Below are positions 1 through 13,120 of a DNA stretch of 64,000 nt, in pieces. Positions within the stretch are counted from its first letter, which is position 1. Every line of letters begins with the position of its first letter. The DNA comes from Lytechinus pictus. Taxonomy: Eukaryota. Below the pieces are notes generated by a model. The model worked only from the letters and a program-made list of their open reading frames with translations, ran no database searches and was not told where the DNA came from. The stretch covers positions 48,424,001 to 48,488,000 of the forward strand of contig NC_087251.1 in assembly GCF_037042905.1 (NCBI RefSeq), written 5' to 3'. A program made the position numbers and the translations under genes.

Positions 1-695
1 TTACATGTAAATTGTACATAAGATATTCAATTCCTTTGAAACGGGACACAGAGTACCTTATTTGGTTTGCAGGAGGCAGCAGCATCTATAGGTTCACAAC
101 CTCCGTGCGCATGCAGGAAACTCGGGATTCATACTGCAGTGGATGGTGGCAGTTCGGCCGTTGCTAACCATTTGCTGAGCAATTAAGCATGTGCAGATCG
201 ATATTGTTCATCTTGGTTTAAGATGCTCAGCTGAGCAAGGAGATTCACGCACCTACACATGCTCGAAGCAGCATTCATTCACCAGGCAAAATACTATGTT
301 ATTTTGGGGACTACTTTTCACGACCTACTACATGTGTACCTAAATCTGCAACATTGGATGGGTTTTAACATTGCAGTGAATGAGGACTTCAAGGTCTCTA
401 TTTCATTTTCCAGGCCTCTCTTGAGCATTTTAGGGGCAAAATCGCCCCCAGCTCACCTGTAATTTTTTCCCTGGACCCCATTCTGTGCCGACGAAAGGAA
501 TTTGTAAGAACCTTTGCGTTAATTAGTTGCTAATGCTTGAATTAATGTTTGTTTACTAAGCCTAATTTGTTTACCTTGACAGTAAATCACAGCTCATCAT
601 TTCGCGTCCACAGTATTTTTCAATTCTATATTGTTTTTTTTTCAAGCTTTATGTTTATTCATTCAACTGTATGTTGAAAAACTTCATTATATCAG

Positions 696-2043
696 TTTTT
701 GTCTCCCCTGCATAGCAGAGCGAGACTATAGGCGCCGCTTTACCGACGGCGATAGCGGCGGCGTCAACATCAAATCTTAACCTAAGGTTAAGTTTTTGAA
801 ATGACATCATAACTTAGAAAGTATATGGACCTAGTTCATTAAACTTCGACATAAGGTTAATCAAGTATTACTGAACATCTTGCCTGAGTTTCAGGTCACA
901 TGACCAAGGTCAAAGGTCATTTAGGGTCAATGAACTTAGACCATGTTGGGAGAATTATTTTCAAAATCTTAACCGAAGGTTTAGTTTTTGAAATGACATC
1001 ATAACTTAGAAAGCATATGGACCTAGTTCATGAAACTTGGGCATAAGGTTAATCAAGTATTAGTAAACATCCTGCTCGAGTTTCAGGTCACATGACCAAG
1101 GTCAGAGGTCATTTAGGGTCAAAGAACGTTGGTCAAGTTGGGGGTATTTGTTGAATTACTATCATAACTTTGAAAATTTATGGATCTAGTTCATGAAACT
1201 TGGGCATAAGGTTAATCAAGTATTAGTGAACATCCTGCTCGAGTTTCAGGTCACATGACCAAGGTCAAAGGTCATTTAGGGTCAATGAACTTTGGCAAAG
1301 TTGGGGGTATTTGTTGAATTACCATCATAACTTTGAAAATTTATGGATCTAGTTCATGAAACTTAGACATTAAGTTAATCAAGTACCACTGAATATCCTG
1401 TGCGTGTTTCAGGTCACATGACCATGGTCAATGGTCATTTAAGGTCAATGAACTTTGGCCGTGTTGGGGGTATTTGTTAAATTACCATCCTAACTCTGAA
1501 AGTTTATGGATCTAGTTCATAAAACTTGGACATAAGAGTAATCAAGTATCACTGAACATCCTGTACGAGTTTCAGGTCACATGACCATGGTCAAAGGTCA
1601 TTAAAGGTCAATAAACTTTGGCCATGTTGGGGGTATTTGTTGAATTACCATCCTAACTATGAAAGTTTATGGATCTAGTTCATAAAACTTGGGATACAAG
1701 AGTAATCAAGTATCACTTAACATCCCCTGTGAGTTTCAGGTCACAAAACCAAGGTCAAAGGTCAGTTAAGGTCAATAAATTTAGGCCATGTTGGGGTAAT
1801 TATTGAATTGCCATCATAACTTTGAAAGTTTATGGATAGAGTGAATGAAATGTGGACATGGGTGTAGTTGACAAGTCTTAAGTCACCGTTCAAATGTCAT
1901 TTATGGTCAATGAATGTGGTATTATGTCATTATATGAATGGTGTTTTTGTGAATGATTATTTTATAGTAGTTTTCAAAGTTAGCACTGCTGCTATATTAA
2001 ATCGCGTAATGCAGGCGAGACTGCCAGAGGCGTTCCACTTGTT
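696..2043 (+). mobile_element. HINE/Tsp-like non-autonomous element with about 6 internal ~163-bp tandem repeats
   Basis: 5' T-run plus gtctcccctgca...gcgagac hairpin and GGC microsatellite; 3' subterminal inverted repeat tgcaggcgagac, short hairpin and cttgtt. Unit anchors at 893, 1085, 1248, 1411, 1574 and 1738. Confidence 0.8.
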
Positions 2044-2261
2044 TTATGCTATTTTTTATTATTATTTTTTTTTTACCAAGCACTTATTTATTTGTCCCCT
2101 AAATATGTATATTATTTATATCAGTTAATCTTTTTCATTTCCCAGGATCCATGTGACTCTCTTGATCTTATTGCGTATATTTGGTCTGTATATGTTTTCA
2201 GATCACACCAAAGGAAATAATTATAATATAATAGCCTTCCTATTGCCTTTCTCATCCTCAG

Positions 2262-2474
2262 GGTATGGTCCTTGGTGATCTTGCTGCTCTTCATGCACAC
2301 ACCATCAGAGCGGCACTGTCCAGGATTGTGGCTGCCTGCTCTGTAGGTAGCAAGCTCTCCATCCAGGAAGAGAAGGACATCTGTGCTGCTGGGGTACAGA
2401 TCCATCAGAGTGACTTTGAGGTGGCCCTCAGCAAGCTCCAGTCTGCGCATGCTGACAGCATTGGTGCTCCTAAG
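2262..2474 (+). CDS. PEX6: PEX6 internal coding exon (end of D1 region and linker)
   Basis: AG at 2260-2261 and GT at 2475; 213 nt, phase 0/0. Translates GMVLGDLAALHAHT...LSKLQSAHADSIGAPK; the 'IGAPK|IPNV.W.DVGGL' junction is a PEX6 hallmark. Confidence 0.93.
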
Positions 2475-3148
2475 GTATTTTGAAGTTATTCATCCCCTTT
2501 ACTGATTCAGTCAGATTTAAAAAAAAAAAATCTTTACCCTTCTAGTTAATGGTTCAATCTTGATGAAGTTTCTGGAGACTGAGGAAATAGCTAAAAGAAC
2601 GGGGTCATATATTCAAGTTTGACTACTGCAAAGAACATGATCGCCTAGGCAGTTGAGAGAGGGATTTGGATTGCGATGACCGGAGTTTGAGTCCCTCTTT
2701 GTGCGCTAGTGCCCTTTGTTACGTTTTTATCCTCATCACCAAGTCTCTCGAAGAGAGGACTTTAAACATTCGGTCCTTTGATTGCTTGCTTACAACCATT
2801 CATGCTTTCTTTGCAATTGGGTAAAAAAAAAACACAAAATCACCACCAAATGATGTGAGATTGTCTGTAGGTTTTATCTCTTTTTTCTCACTTGGCTGTG
2901 GAATAAGCTCCCTCCTCTCGTTAAATCATCACTAATATTGGATCAATTAAAACGAAAGTTGAAGACCTACATTACCTTTTTTAGTATCCTATTCATGTAT
3001 GCACTGGACTTAGAGCAATACTGTCACTGCCTGGTAATTTGTATTTATTTTATATCCTTTGCTGACCAGGGTTGGCATCTCAAAGCATGTTGTATCCTGT
3101 GAAACAGGAGCTGTATAAATATGAACCGTTATTATTGTTATTACTTAG

Positions 3149-3269
3149 ATTCCTAATGTGAGCTGGGAGGATGTTGGTGGTCTGTCCGATGTGAAGGCTG
3201 AGATCCTGGACACCATACAGTTACCTCTACAGCACCCTGAATTGTTTGCTGCAGGACTCAGAAGATCAG
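3149..3269 (+). CDS. PEX6: PEX6 coding exon (start of D2 AAA domain)
   Basis: ttacttAG acceptor and GTcagt donor; 121 nt. [40 protein letters not shown](G). Confidence 0.96.
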
Positions 3270-3980
3270 GTCAGTTTTTCACAAAACTGTTCGTAAGTTA
3301 CAAGAAATTTATGGATGACTGGTATAAACCCTTTTTTGTCTCCCCTGCATAGCAGAGCAAGACTACAGGCGCCACTTTTCCTACGGCAGCATCAACATCA
3401 AATCTTACCCTAAGGTTAAGTTTTTGAAATGACATTATAACTTAGAAAGAGAAAGTATATGGACCTAGTTCGTGAAACTTGGACATAAGAGTAATCAAGT
3501 ATTACTGAACATCCTGCCTGAGTTGTAGGTCACATGACCAAGGTTAAAGGTCATTTAGGGATCAATGAACTTGACTAATTTTGGGGGTATTTGTAGAATT
3601 GGCATCATAACTTAGAAAGTTTATGGGTGTAGTTCGTGAAACATAGACATAAGGGTAATCAAGAATAAATGATTGTTTTGCACACATCTTAGATCTTATT
3701 ATCATGGTCAAAGTTAATTTTGGGTCAATGGACTAGTATTTTATTATCATATGAATGTTTTCGTTTGTGAATAATTATTCAATAGCTGTTTTCAAAGTAA
3801 GAACTGCTGCCAATTATCGAATCGCGTAATGCAGGCGAGACTTCCAGAGGCGTTTCACTTGCTTTTAAACTAAATCGGTACCTATGAAAATCTGGTGCGT
3901 ATCATCATTTATCACAAAAACGGTCACCAGTGGTTTGTGAAATCGTTTGTAACTTACAAAGAGCTTTTTGAAAGACCAAA
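3270..3980. mobile_element. Degenerate Harbinger-like palindromic MITE interrupted by the HINE copy
   Basis: Left arm tttcacaaaactgttcgtaagttacaa and right arm ttgtaacttacaaagagctttttgaaa; related copy at 49284-49412. Confidence 0.6.
3332..3862 (+). mobile_element. Short copy of the same HINE-like element (1-2 units), nested in a MITE
   Basis: Same 5' and 3' modules as 696-2043; inserted in a T-run. Confidence 0.8.
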
Positions 3981-4962
3981 TATGTCAGTTCAGGAGAGAG
4001 AGAGAGAGAGTTTCATGAAGCATCTTTCAGTGATTTTTCTCAGCAAACTTGCTTGTAGCCAATCAGATGCAAGGATTTCAGTAGCATGTTAAAGTTATCA
4101 GTGTTAATCACAGTGCTTCCCATGCTTTCAACCCTTTCATCAGAGGTTTATTTATAGGGATGAATAGATCACATATTCTTCCTCAAATTGGCAACATTAA
4201 TTTATTTTGATTGCTACATTAATTATTATTACAACTTGTGATTAGGATTTGATCTAAGGTGGATTGGAAATTACCAAACATTAGTGAGCAAAGAAAAGGA
4301 GAAATTTGTATATAAGTTGAGAAAATTGATGCCAAGTTTTGAAATGATAGACAATATATCCATATCTCCTTGTGTGATGAAATCTTACACCTCGAAATAG
4401 TAAATATTTTAAGAGAGTGAATAATTACGACTTCCATAATACCGTTGTTTTCCTTTTCATGTGGCGTAGGGTGTTTTTAATGTCAATTTTCAAATATAAG
4501 TAGCACATGAGTCATTATTGAAAACACAATTATAAAGTGTGGATATAATGTGAAATAGAGGGTGTGTTGACTGTCCCCCATTTCTGGTCATAAAAGTAAA
4601 CAAACGTCTTTCAGATCTTGATTCGGATGAAAATTTAAATGCCAAAAAGGGTATGTTTGGAAATGCGATCAACACAGATTTTACAAATGTGACACTGAAC
4701 ATTGAAACGTCTTTAAATTTGCGCTAGCAGTGGAAGCCTACTCAGACACATGCCAGAATTGACCTTTCTTGTGATGGGTCAAACAGTGCAGTAAGCTGCG
4801 CTAACGAGAGTGGGAAATTTAAAGACAATCGATGTGCAATCAGCTTTATGTTTTCAACACTGAAAGGTGTACCCCTGATTGTGTTCATGTTCTGTGTTTT
4901 GTACATGTAATTGCGTTTTCAATCATGATTCATGTTGCTGTTGAATTTTCATGAAGCTCTAA

Positions 4963-5163
<201 letters not shown>

Positions 5164-5691
5164 TGAGGTTGGACGGGCAAATACTATCTTTTTCTGATTG
5201 CCAGTCCAACCGAGGATGAATGATTCCCACTAATACTTTCAAAAGAAACTCGTAGTATATTTGTTTTATATCTCTTCCCTAAATTTAGCGATAAACCTTG
5301 GTGGTTTTAAATGTCCTAGTTCCTATTCTGGACTAAATTTGTTTAGCCACTACACACCAAGGGTTTCCCACTTGAGACAATTTAACATCTGCTGTGCCCT
5401 AGATTTACCGTTTACTCTGTGTAGTTTTCAATATTTTTTCTGGGGAGAACTGCTTATGCTCAATGTTTATTTGGCTCCGAATAGTTTTTTAATGGAAATA
5501 ATAGTGGAAAAATATATATTTGTCACATGAGCACCAATTGACCAATCATTTTTACACATGAATATAATTCTTCATAGACAGATACGTGACACACCCTCAA
5601 AAGATATATAATGCCCCACCCCTGAAAAGAAAACAGTAATGTACTGTATTGTAGATGTAATGACACCCTTTCCTCCTTGATGGGTGGGGGG

Positions 5692-6662
5692 TGTCACGAA
5701 ACCAAGCTGAAGTATATTCTCGCCTTGACGCAAAGAAATACCTGTGACTAAAAGCTTTGCAAGAAGAAGTTGATTTTATTACAAGTTCAAGACTTCAAGA
5801 TGAATCCTCAATTCAACGCAGCGCAATCAAATACCAGCTCTGAGACATACGTCACCCTCTTTTTCATAGCTATACCATCTTCTGCCTAAAATTCACTTTC
5901 CTTCCACTATTTATAACCTACTGTTACATATAAATGTATAAAGGAATATATAGAGAATTACATAGAAATGTATAAAGGAATAAATAGAGAATTCTCTACC
6001 CTATGTTTCTCCTTGATCGAAATTACATAAACTACTCTAGCCAATCAAGGCTCAGGATTGACTTATATAAGTTATATTAATCATTATCTTGGGATGGATA
6101 TTTGTGATACATGTACATAGAGTAACTACTTGGAACCAATCATCTCACAGGACCACCTTACATAAGCGTTGGGAGGTGCATTTAAAGAAATACGTAATGA
6201 AACTTCTTTGGACCAATCACATCAGAGGAGTTCCTTACATCAGTTAAGTTGTTCCTTGTCTGGAGATGGATGTAAAGAGTTACAAAGAATAACCACTTTT
6301 GGCCAATGATACTATAGGGCTATCTTGCATAAGTGTCTGGATATGAACTAAAGTTTTGTAAAGAGAAACGCTTTCTGACCTGCCAATTGCAGTTCAGTAC
6401 TTTCTTACAATTTTTCCAGTCTGGGGTAATGAATGTTTATTCCTCCCTTGACGTTTGTATCAAGGACAAAGACCCCTGCAGTAGGAGAAAAGACCCTGGC
6501 CTATTTTGAGCCATGGCCTTAAGACTTGAAGCCATGTGAACGTAAATCCTGGCATGTGAAATGGGATACTGTATTAGGACTTTCACATGCCTACTTTAAT
6601 CTTAGGTACACACCTATCACTTAGAAAGAATATTATTTAACTGTGAGAATTGCTTCGTCACA
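5692..6662 (-). mobile_element. Solo LTR (971 bp) of an LTR retrotransposon
   Basis: TG...CA ends with short inverted termini (tgtcacgaa / ttcgtcaca) and G-run TSD on both sides. Minus-strand TATAAATAG (5915-5907) followed by AATAAA (5780-5775). Confidence 0.8.
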
Positions 6663-8322
6663 GGGGGTAGAATGGATGAACACCATTGCCTAACAAAATC
6701 AAGACTCAAGACAACTGATGACATCTGTAATTCTGTAATATTCTCTCTTCCAAACTATAAAAGTATCCTACTTGTATCCTACATGTAGGCAATTCCATAA
6801 AATATGTATGTCCAACTGATAGTGGGACCTTTCTTAATTAATTTTCCACTATTCATAGTTCATGAATTGTTATGATTATATTTGATTTGCTTGGTGTCAC
6901 CTGTGCCCGGGAGGCGAAATGCAAACTAAATCACTATGACACGCAAGCCTCTCCCAAACAGTTCATGAGATAAAGTCAGATTTGAGAAAAAGGAGGGTCG
7001 GACATTCAAACAGGTTGATTATTTTTATGGAACTGCTCATGTGTTGATAAATAGTAATATGATTAGGAAAGAATGTATTTATCAAAAATAGCTTTTGCTA
7101 ATCTGAATATAAAATGCTCTTCTTCGGTCCTGCATAGTATTTTGTCAGTAGTTTGAATTTTGCTGTAAAAAAAAATATTGAATGCTTAGTCTATTTTAGT
7201 TTGCTTGCTACTTAATGGGGTATCCTGGGATGAAAAATATGTGATTTGAAGAGATAGAATCAAATCAGACAAACAAAACTGAAAACTTCATGAAAATTGA
7301 ATGAGGAATAAAGTTTTGACATTTAAATGTGATGTATTATATAGTTTAAACAGTTCTATTTACTGTACGCCCTGGTGGATATGCAATTAGAAATCTGATG
7401 TAATCTCCCCACTTATTATTTTGGTATTTTATTATATGCCATTATCTTTGTTAAGATATTGTCCTCCGAGAATCTAAAATTAGGATTGTCTAATGATATA
7501 CAGTGTAAGATGATCATTGTTGAATTTTTTTTTTAACAAGGGAGACACGTTTTATTCATACATGTAATGAAAAAAAGAAAGGATGGTTATATTATCAGCC
7601 CACGTATAGTGCACATTCATGAGGGTGTGCATCAAAATGTTTTCATAAATATTGCTGAAGTGCAGTGAAGTTCAATAACTTCATCATTTTTCATTGTATT
7701 TTAATGAACTTTACAGGGTTTTGCTCATTGAATTTTACTCTGTTCATTTAGGTTATGTTACTTGCAGACTGTAATACCTTTTTAAAGTGTTGTGATGTAT
7801 GGAAATCCATCAGCGTCAAATTTTTTATTTTTTTGTGTAAGAAATTCGCACAATGTCCTTTGTAAACAAAGTGAAGCACCCTAGCTTTCTAGGAAAGCAA
7901 TGAATGTATGAATAAACAGCATCTATCTAGAAAATATTTTGAACAAACATGCATTTTAGATGTTGACATTGCTGGCTTTCCATAGTTGTGGTTGATAGGA
8001 TCAATCACAACTTTTTGTAAGATGGGGCCCAGACCACATTTCATTGATGTTGAGGCTCATAGTGCTGAAAATACAATTGTCCGGGGGGTCTGTTTAACAG
8101 AAAAAGAAGTATGACTTATAGGGTGTTTCAAGAAACTTGCAAGTGATGGCAATTTAATTTTAGGTCCCAACAACAATTGAAAGTCATGCATTTCAATGTA
8201 TAGATGGTCTGCTTCTTGCATCAACAAATATAAATTGATTTGCTTGAGTTAAAATTGATCTATCACTTTTAAACGTGCAATTGATTGCAAATATTTTCTT
8301 GCAATACTAGTACCCCCTCCCT

Positions 8323-8530
8323 CCAGGGGCGGATCCAGCTTTCACCAATGGGGGGGGGGGGCGAAATTCTTTTTACCCATATTTCCCCGATCGGCTGCTC
8401 AAAGTTGATTTTCATTTGTTTCTTTGAAGGGGTAGTCCTAACAGTCACTTCTTAGCTTTATTCTCACAAAACATGAATAATGTCTTATAAGCCCTAATTG
8501 AATAGTACGAGCGCGAGCTAATTTTTTTAA
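8323..8530. mobile_element. Truncated inverted copy of the right end of the 17878-20722 family
   Basis: caggggcggatccagctttcaccaat...gatcggctgctcaaagtt is the reverse complement of ~20620-20722. Confidence 0.65.
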
Positions 8531-8881
8531 AGAAAAAAAACACCATCCAGTGGCTGTTTGGCTGGCATCTTGCCAGTGTTCAGCTTGCACTTGGCCTGGT
8601 GCGGTTCTCTTAAAGCAGTGGCAGTTCTCTGAGCACTGTTGTTTTTGCATGATTTCTCTCATCATATTTTATGTTTATCAAGTATTGAGATCAAAATTTT
8701 CTAACCAGAGTTAAATATGGAGTAAATAAACCCTCCACAGACTCAACTCAAACCTCATTGCTTGTGCAGCCACCAAATGCCAAAGCGATAAATTGCTTAG
8801 CCCATTATAAAACAAATGTGCTTAATATGACAATTTTATCCTAAAGAAAAATCAAGATTATTTTTCTTGTTTTTACCATAG

Positions 8882-8943
8882 TGTGAAAGGACCTGAACTG
8901 ATCAATATGTATGTAGGGCAGAGTGAAGAGAACGTCAGAGAAG
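8882..8943 (+). CDS. PEX6: PEX6 coding exon with pore loop 1
   Basis: catAG acceptor and GTatg donor; 62 nt. (S)[20 protein letters not shown](V). Confidence 0.97.
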
Positions 8944-9116
8944 GTATGTCATTTTGATGGTTTATGCTATCTTCAAAGGTTTCTCAACGTAAGTCAGAAT
9001 CTTATTTGTCCTTTTAAGCTTGTTTTTAAAAGCCCAACCCCAAAGTGACCAACCCCAAAGTGACCTTGGGTATCTTCTTATCTTAATACTGAAACCCTTC
9101 ACAAATTGTTTTTATT

Positions 9117-9504
9117 CAGGGTTTCCAGTACATCAGGAAAATCAGGGAGGATGTTTTTACTTTTTCCAGTCAGGGTAAAATCAGGAATTTGATCAGAAAT
9201 ACCTCATATCAGGCAAATGACAGAAAAATCTGAATTTTTATCAGCCCAAAAGTCGAAAGCACAGTAGTCAGTCAGAATCTGTTATATTTTGTTGCATATA
9301 AAAACAACATCCATTGAATGACTGGTTATGGAGGTGCTAATTAGTTTCACATTATTGTTTTTATACTGAAAATACATGTAATTCAATGCAACTACTTAGA
9401 AAGCATGCGAAACTGGGAATGGTTTAGATAATTATCAGGAAATTTTTAAACTTCATCAAGGAAAAATCTGGGAATTTTGTTTTCTTGAAATGCTGGGTAC
9501 CCTG
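9117..9504. mobile_element. hAT-like MITE
   Basis: cagggtttccag...ctgggtaccctg termini; flanks tttttatt / ttattatt (7 of 8 match). Confidence 0.6.
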
Positions 9505-10307
9505 TTATTATTACTGGTTCAAAAGAACCTTACGGCTCCTCATTAGTCAAGTGTGGTGATGAGTTTGTACAATTCCAAGTGACCTCCCACGTAGCCATGA
9601 TGTAGTTTTGGAGGGGGCGGTAAGTGCACGGGAATTGTGCCAGGTGCAGGGACTTTTAATGTCTCATCAAATTCAAATAAAAAAGACATCTCTAGTACCC
9701 TATATCACCTTGAATTCAATTGACTTGATGTGATTTAAAACTTATTTTCGAAAGAGATTATGAATGCCCCTTAAGGGATAAGATTGAGGAATTTGAAATA
9801 ATTCCTTGTGTGGAAGTTAAAACACTATCAAATTTTGAGAAAAGAAAGGGCATTTTTGGAGTCGTATCGGATGCCTACCTTGGTCAGATCAAATTTGATA
9901 GCAAAAAATAAATTAGGCACATTAGACCCCTGTTACATCTAAAAATCGGTGGCCCGGGGCCAGCCTGAGACCAGTTGCAACCTTGACAAGGATTAAGTAG
10001 ATTAGCTTTGCGAACGGACCTGGTCCGTAAATGTGTCTGTTTTACATGTACATCACAGCATTTTTCCTCCACTCTTCGGGACGCAGACGGAAGGTTGAGC
10101 TACATGGGACCGAGTAGATTTTTTGTTTTATAACATGTTTTTCTTGGTTTATTGTCTTCTATCAAATCAAATATAAACTACAGGTAACAATCAATCTCAT
10201 AAGCAAATCACTCATCTGGCTTTTTGGATGTATTATGTTAGTAATTAGTAAAGTACAGAAGTAAATGTTATGCCTTTGATGCAATATTATTTTATTCACG
10301 ACACTTT

Positions 10308-10437
10308 CCCCTTCTTCTCTTTCTTCTTCTTCTTCTCCTTTTTCCTTCTTCTTTTCTTTCTTATCTTTTGAGTCCTCTTCTTCTCCTTCTTCATCCTCTT
10401 CTTTGTCTACTTCCTCCTCTCCTTCTTCTTCTTCTTC
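10308..10437. repeat. Imperfect (TTC/CTC)n polypyrimidine tract
   Basis: Read directly from the sequence. Confidence 0.9.
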
Positions 10438-12274
10438 ACAAAACAGAGTAGAAGACTTGGTATGCAGAGAGAAGATATTCCTTCTTGCAAATAGTGCAGA
10501 AACTCTGAAATTTCAAAATTTTATGAGATTTTCACATGCTCTAATTCAGTTGATTTTTCTATGATTTTAAAACCTGATTACAAAGAAAAGAGTGTACGAA
10601 ATGGGAAATGGATGGTGCAAGGAGAGGGATTTTTTTTATCTCAAGCGAGGCACAGAAACCTGTGTGATATATTAAAAAAAGAATATGTGTAATATCACTC
10701 ATATTAAATGTTCCCTTTTATATGATTACGAAGTTGAGTGATATTCAAAATTTCAATGTTCGGGCGCGAATCAAAACAGGAAATGGATGTGCAAATTAAG
10801 ATGTGAAATAATAGCATATGGGGAATGGTTGTTGTTTTCATCCGCTATGACCAGAAGCGCCAATATTTTGTGTCATCACTTTAAAACAAACAAGATAACT
10901 TGTCATATACTGAACTATTTCGACTCTAATTCCATGTGGGAATGTGTACTCTTATACTTTCTGGCAAGAAATACACAAGTCCTGCAGATGAGAAAGGGAA
11001 AACGGTGTAGGGAGAGGGTGTTGGAAATAAAGGGGAAAGGCAATTTTGAAATTTTCCTATGTGGAGTATGGAAGCAAAATATTTTGTATGAATCCCGAGA
11101 GATAAAATATCTCGTTCAGGTTTTTGATCTTTTGAGAAAAGAAGGAAAAACCATATAGCTATATCCCTCCTTCCCTTTTCTCCCTTTGCTTTTTCTTTCT
11201 CCCCCTTTTTTTGTTGGGGGGCTAACCATTACCCCCTTAAAAATGACCATAATTGTCCCTATCCCGTTACCATCGAAACATAAATTCAGATGTATGGGTT
11301 TACACACATCTGTAGATGAATTTCAAATTTAATACAGGCTCTGTTTCAAAAGCTCAATAATATCAACCTATAAAGCATTCAACATTCCATCGCTTAGCAG
11401 TAATTGACTGAATTAATCAGACAATAAAAATGATAATAATAGTCACTGGTTTCATCATTTTGAATAGTTTCCCTAGTAACATCCAGTCATGTCCTTAAGT
11501 ACAGTTTTTCAAAAACAAGCTAAAAAACTAGTTTATCTATGAAATCCACTTTATAGATTGTAGGCACTTGGGGAGTACATGTAGATCTGCATGTTTGCTT
11601 TTTTTCAGTGATATTTGAAAGCGCTTTGAGCATGTTTAAATGGAAAGGCATAATGAACAGGCTGAAATGTATGTCATGCATGTATGTACATGTATGTGTG
11701 TGAGGATGTATGTGCGGGTGTATGTATGTACATGTATGTATGTATGTATTATTATTATGCTGTTGTATAGCACTAGGAACCGGTAAGCAGATTCTTGTTT
11801 GCCTGTACACAACGTATTGAATTTCTACCCTCCCTCTGGAACATCTCTTTTCTTCTTTTTTCCACTCCTTGAGGAGTATTCCAGGAAGGGTTTTTGTACT
11901 CATCTCTTTTCTTCTTTTTCCCCCACTCCTTGAGGAGTATTCCATCAAGGGCAAGGAGATGACGCGACGTGACGTGGTCTTGGCGTCCTGAGATTATTGC
12001 CAAGATTTGCAAGAAGATACTGATTTCTTTTCTATTTTTTATGACTTGACTTAATTGTGATTGTAAACACCTATGTTTTCGTGATGTAATTGCCACAAAA
12101 TTTTCGTTATTGGACTGATCTGGAGGGAGAAACAGCAAATCTGCATTGCCGAACGCTCAGCATTTGAACGTAACTATATATATTCTCTCAGTCCCATATG
12201 TACTTTTGATCGTCACATATATCCGTGTGTATATTGTTCCCGCCTAAGCCTTACGTTCGCTTTGGTGTCCGATC

Positions 12275-13120
12275 ATGGCGGGTAAGGGGGATGGCGCCAA
12301 AGTGAAGCGCACCCCTAAAAGCAAGAAAAAGGTGAAACATAACAATCCAAATGATTCTGAATGTGATATAGCTGATGACACTGTTATGATTGATATGTCT
12401 GAACATTCACCAAATGATGATTATCACCTTCAAACAATTCTCACTAAATTACTAAAAACAAAAGAACTCATGAAAACACTGGAGACTGTCTGTAAAGAAA
12501 CAATGGATAAAGTAGTGAATGTTCAATGTGAAAACATGCGTCGCCACATAGAAGAAAATGAATCAGCCATCATTCAACTTCAAAATTCTTTGGAGAGTAA
12601 AGAGAAAGAAACATATATTCTGGAGAAACAGCTACAGAATGAAATCGAGAAAAGAGAAGACGTGAAGCGCCAATTGAATATTCTCGAGCAGTATACAAGG
12701 AGAAACAGCATTAGAATTTTTGGTGTGAAAGAGAAAATAAGTGAAGATACCGATCAAATAGCGATTGACATTGCCAAGGATCAGCTTGGGTTCAAGTTGA
12801 AAAAACACCACATCGATCGATCCCATCGAGTAGGTCAAAAAGATCCAACCAAGGCTAAACCCATCATCGTTAAATTGTGTTCCTACAAACAGAAGACGCA
12901 ATTTATGAAAGCGAAAAAGACATTGAAAGGGAGTGGAATTTCTATTCAAGAAGATTTGACACTGACAACCCTCAAACTCCTCAAGAAGACAAGCCAACAC
13001 AAAAATGTAAACGCGGCATGGACAAGTGATGGCCGTGTTATCGCCTCGGTTAAAACGACAGATCCTAACACTTCAATGAAGAAACAATTCTTCAGAGAAA
13101 GTGACCTTCTTGCCTTATAA
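12275..13120 (+). CDS. LINE ORF1 protein (coiled-coil plus RRM/CTD-like), intact, 281 aa
   Basis: Motifs LEQYTRRNSIRIFGV, IDRSHRVG, PIIVKL, ISIQEDLT and AWTSDGRV, typical of L1-like ORF1 in CR1/L2 elements. Confidence 0.88.
   Translation: MAGKGDGAKVKRTPKSKKKVKHNNPNDSECDIADDTVMIDMSEHSPNDDYHLQTILTKLLKTKELMKTLETVCKETMDKVVNVQCENMRRHIEENESAIIQLQNSLESKEKETYILEKQLQNEIEKREDVKRQLNILEQYTRRNSIRIFGVKEKISEDTDQIAIDIAKDQLGFKLKKHHIDRSHRVGQKDPTKAKPIIVKLCSYKQKTQFMKAKKTLKGSGISIQEDLTLTTLKLLKKTSQHKNVNAAWTSDGRVIASVKTTDPNTSMKKQFFRESDLLAL

Noticed and set aside
2121..2450. 109-aa minus-strand ORF
   Set aside because: Antisense shadow of a PEX6 exon.
10787..11158. 123-aa ORF in the PEX6 intron
   Set aside because: No recognisable domain or convincing splice context; probably decayed repeat sequence.
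12632..13000. 122-aa antisense ORF
   Set aside because: Shadow of LINE ORF1 with no recognisable motifs.
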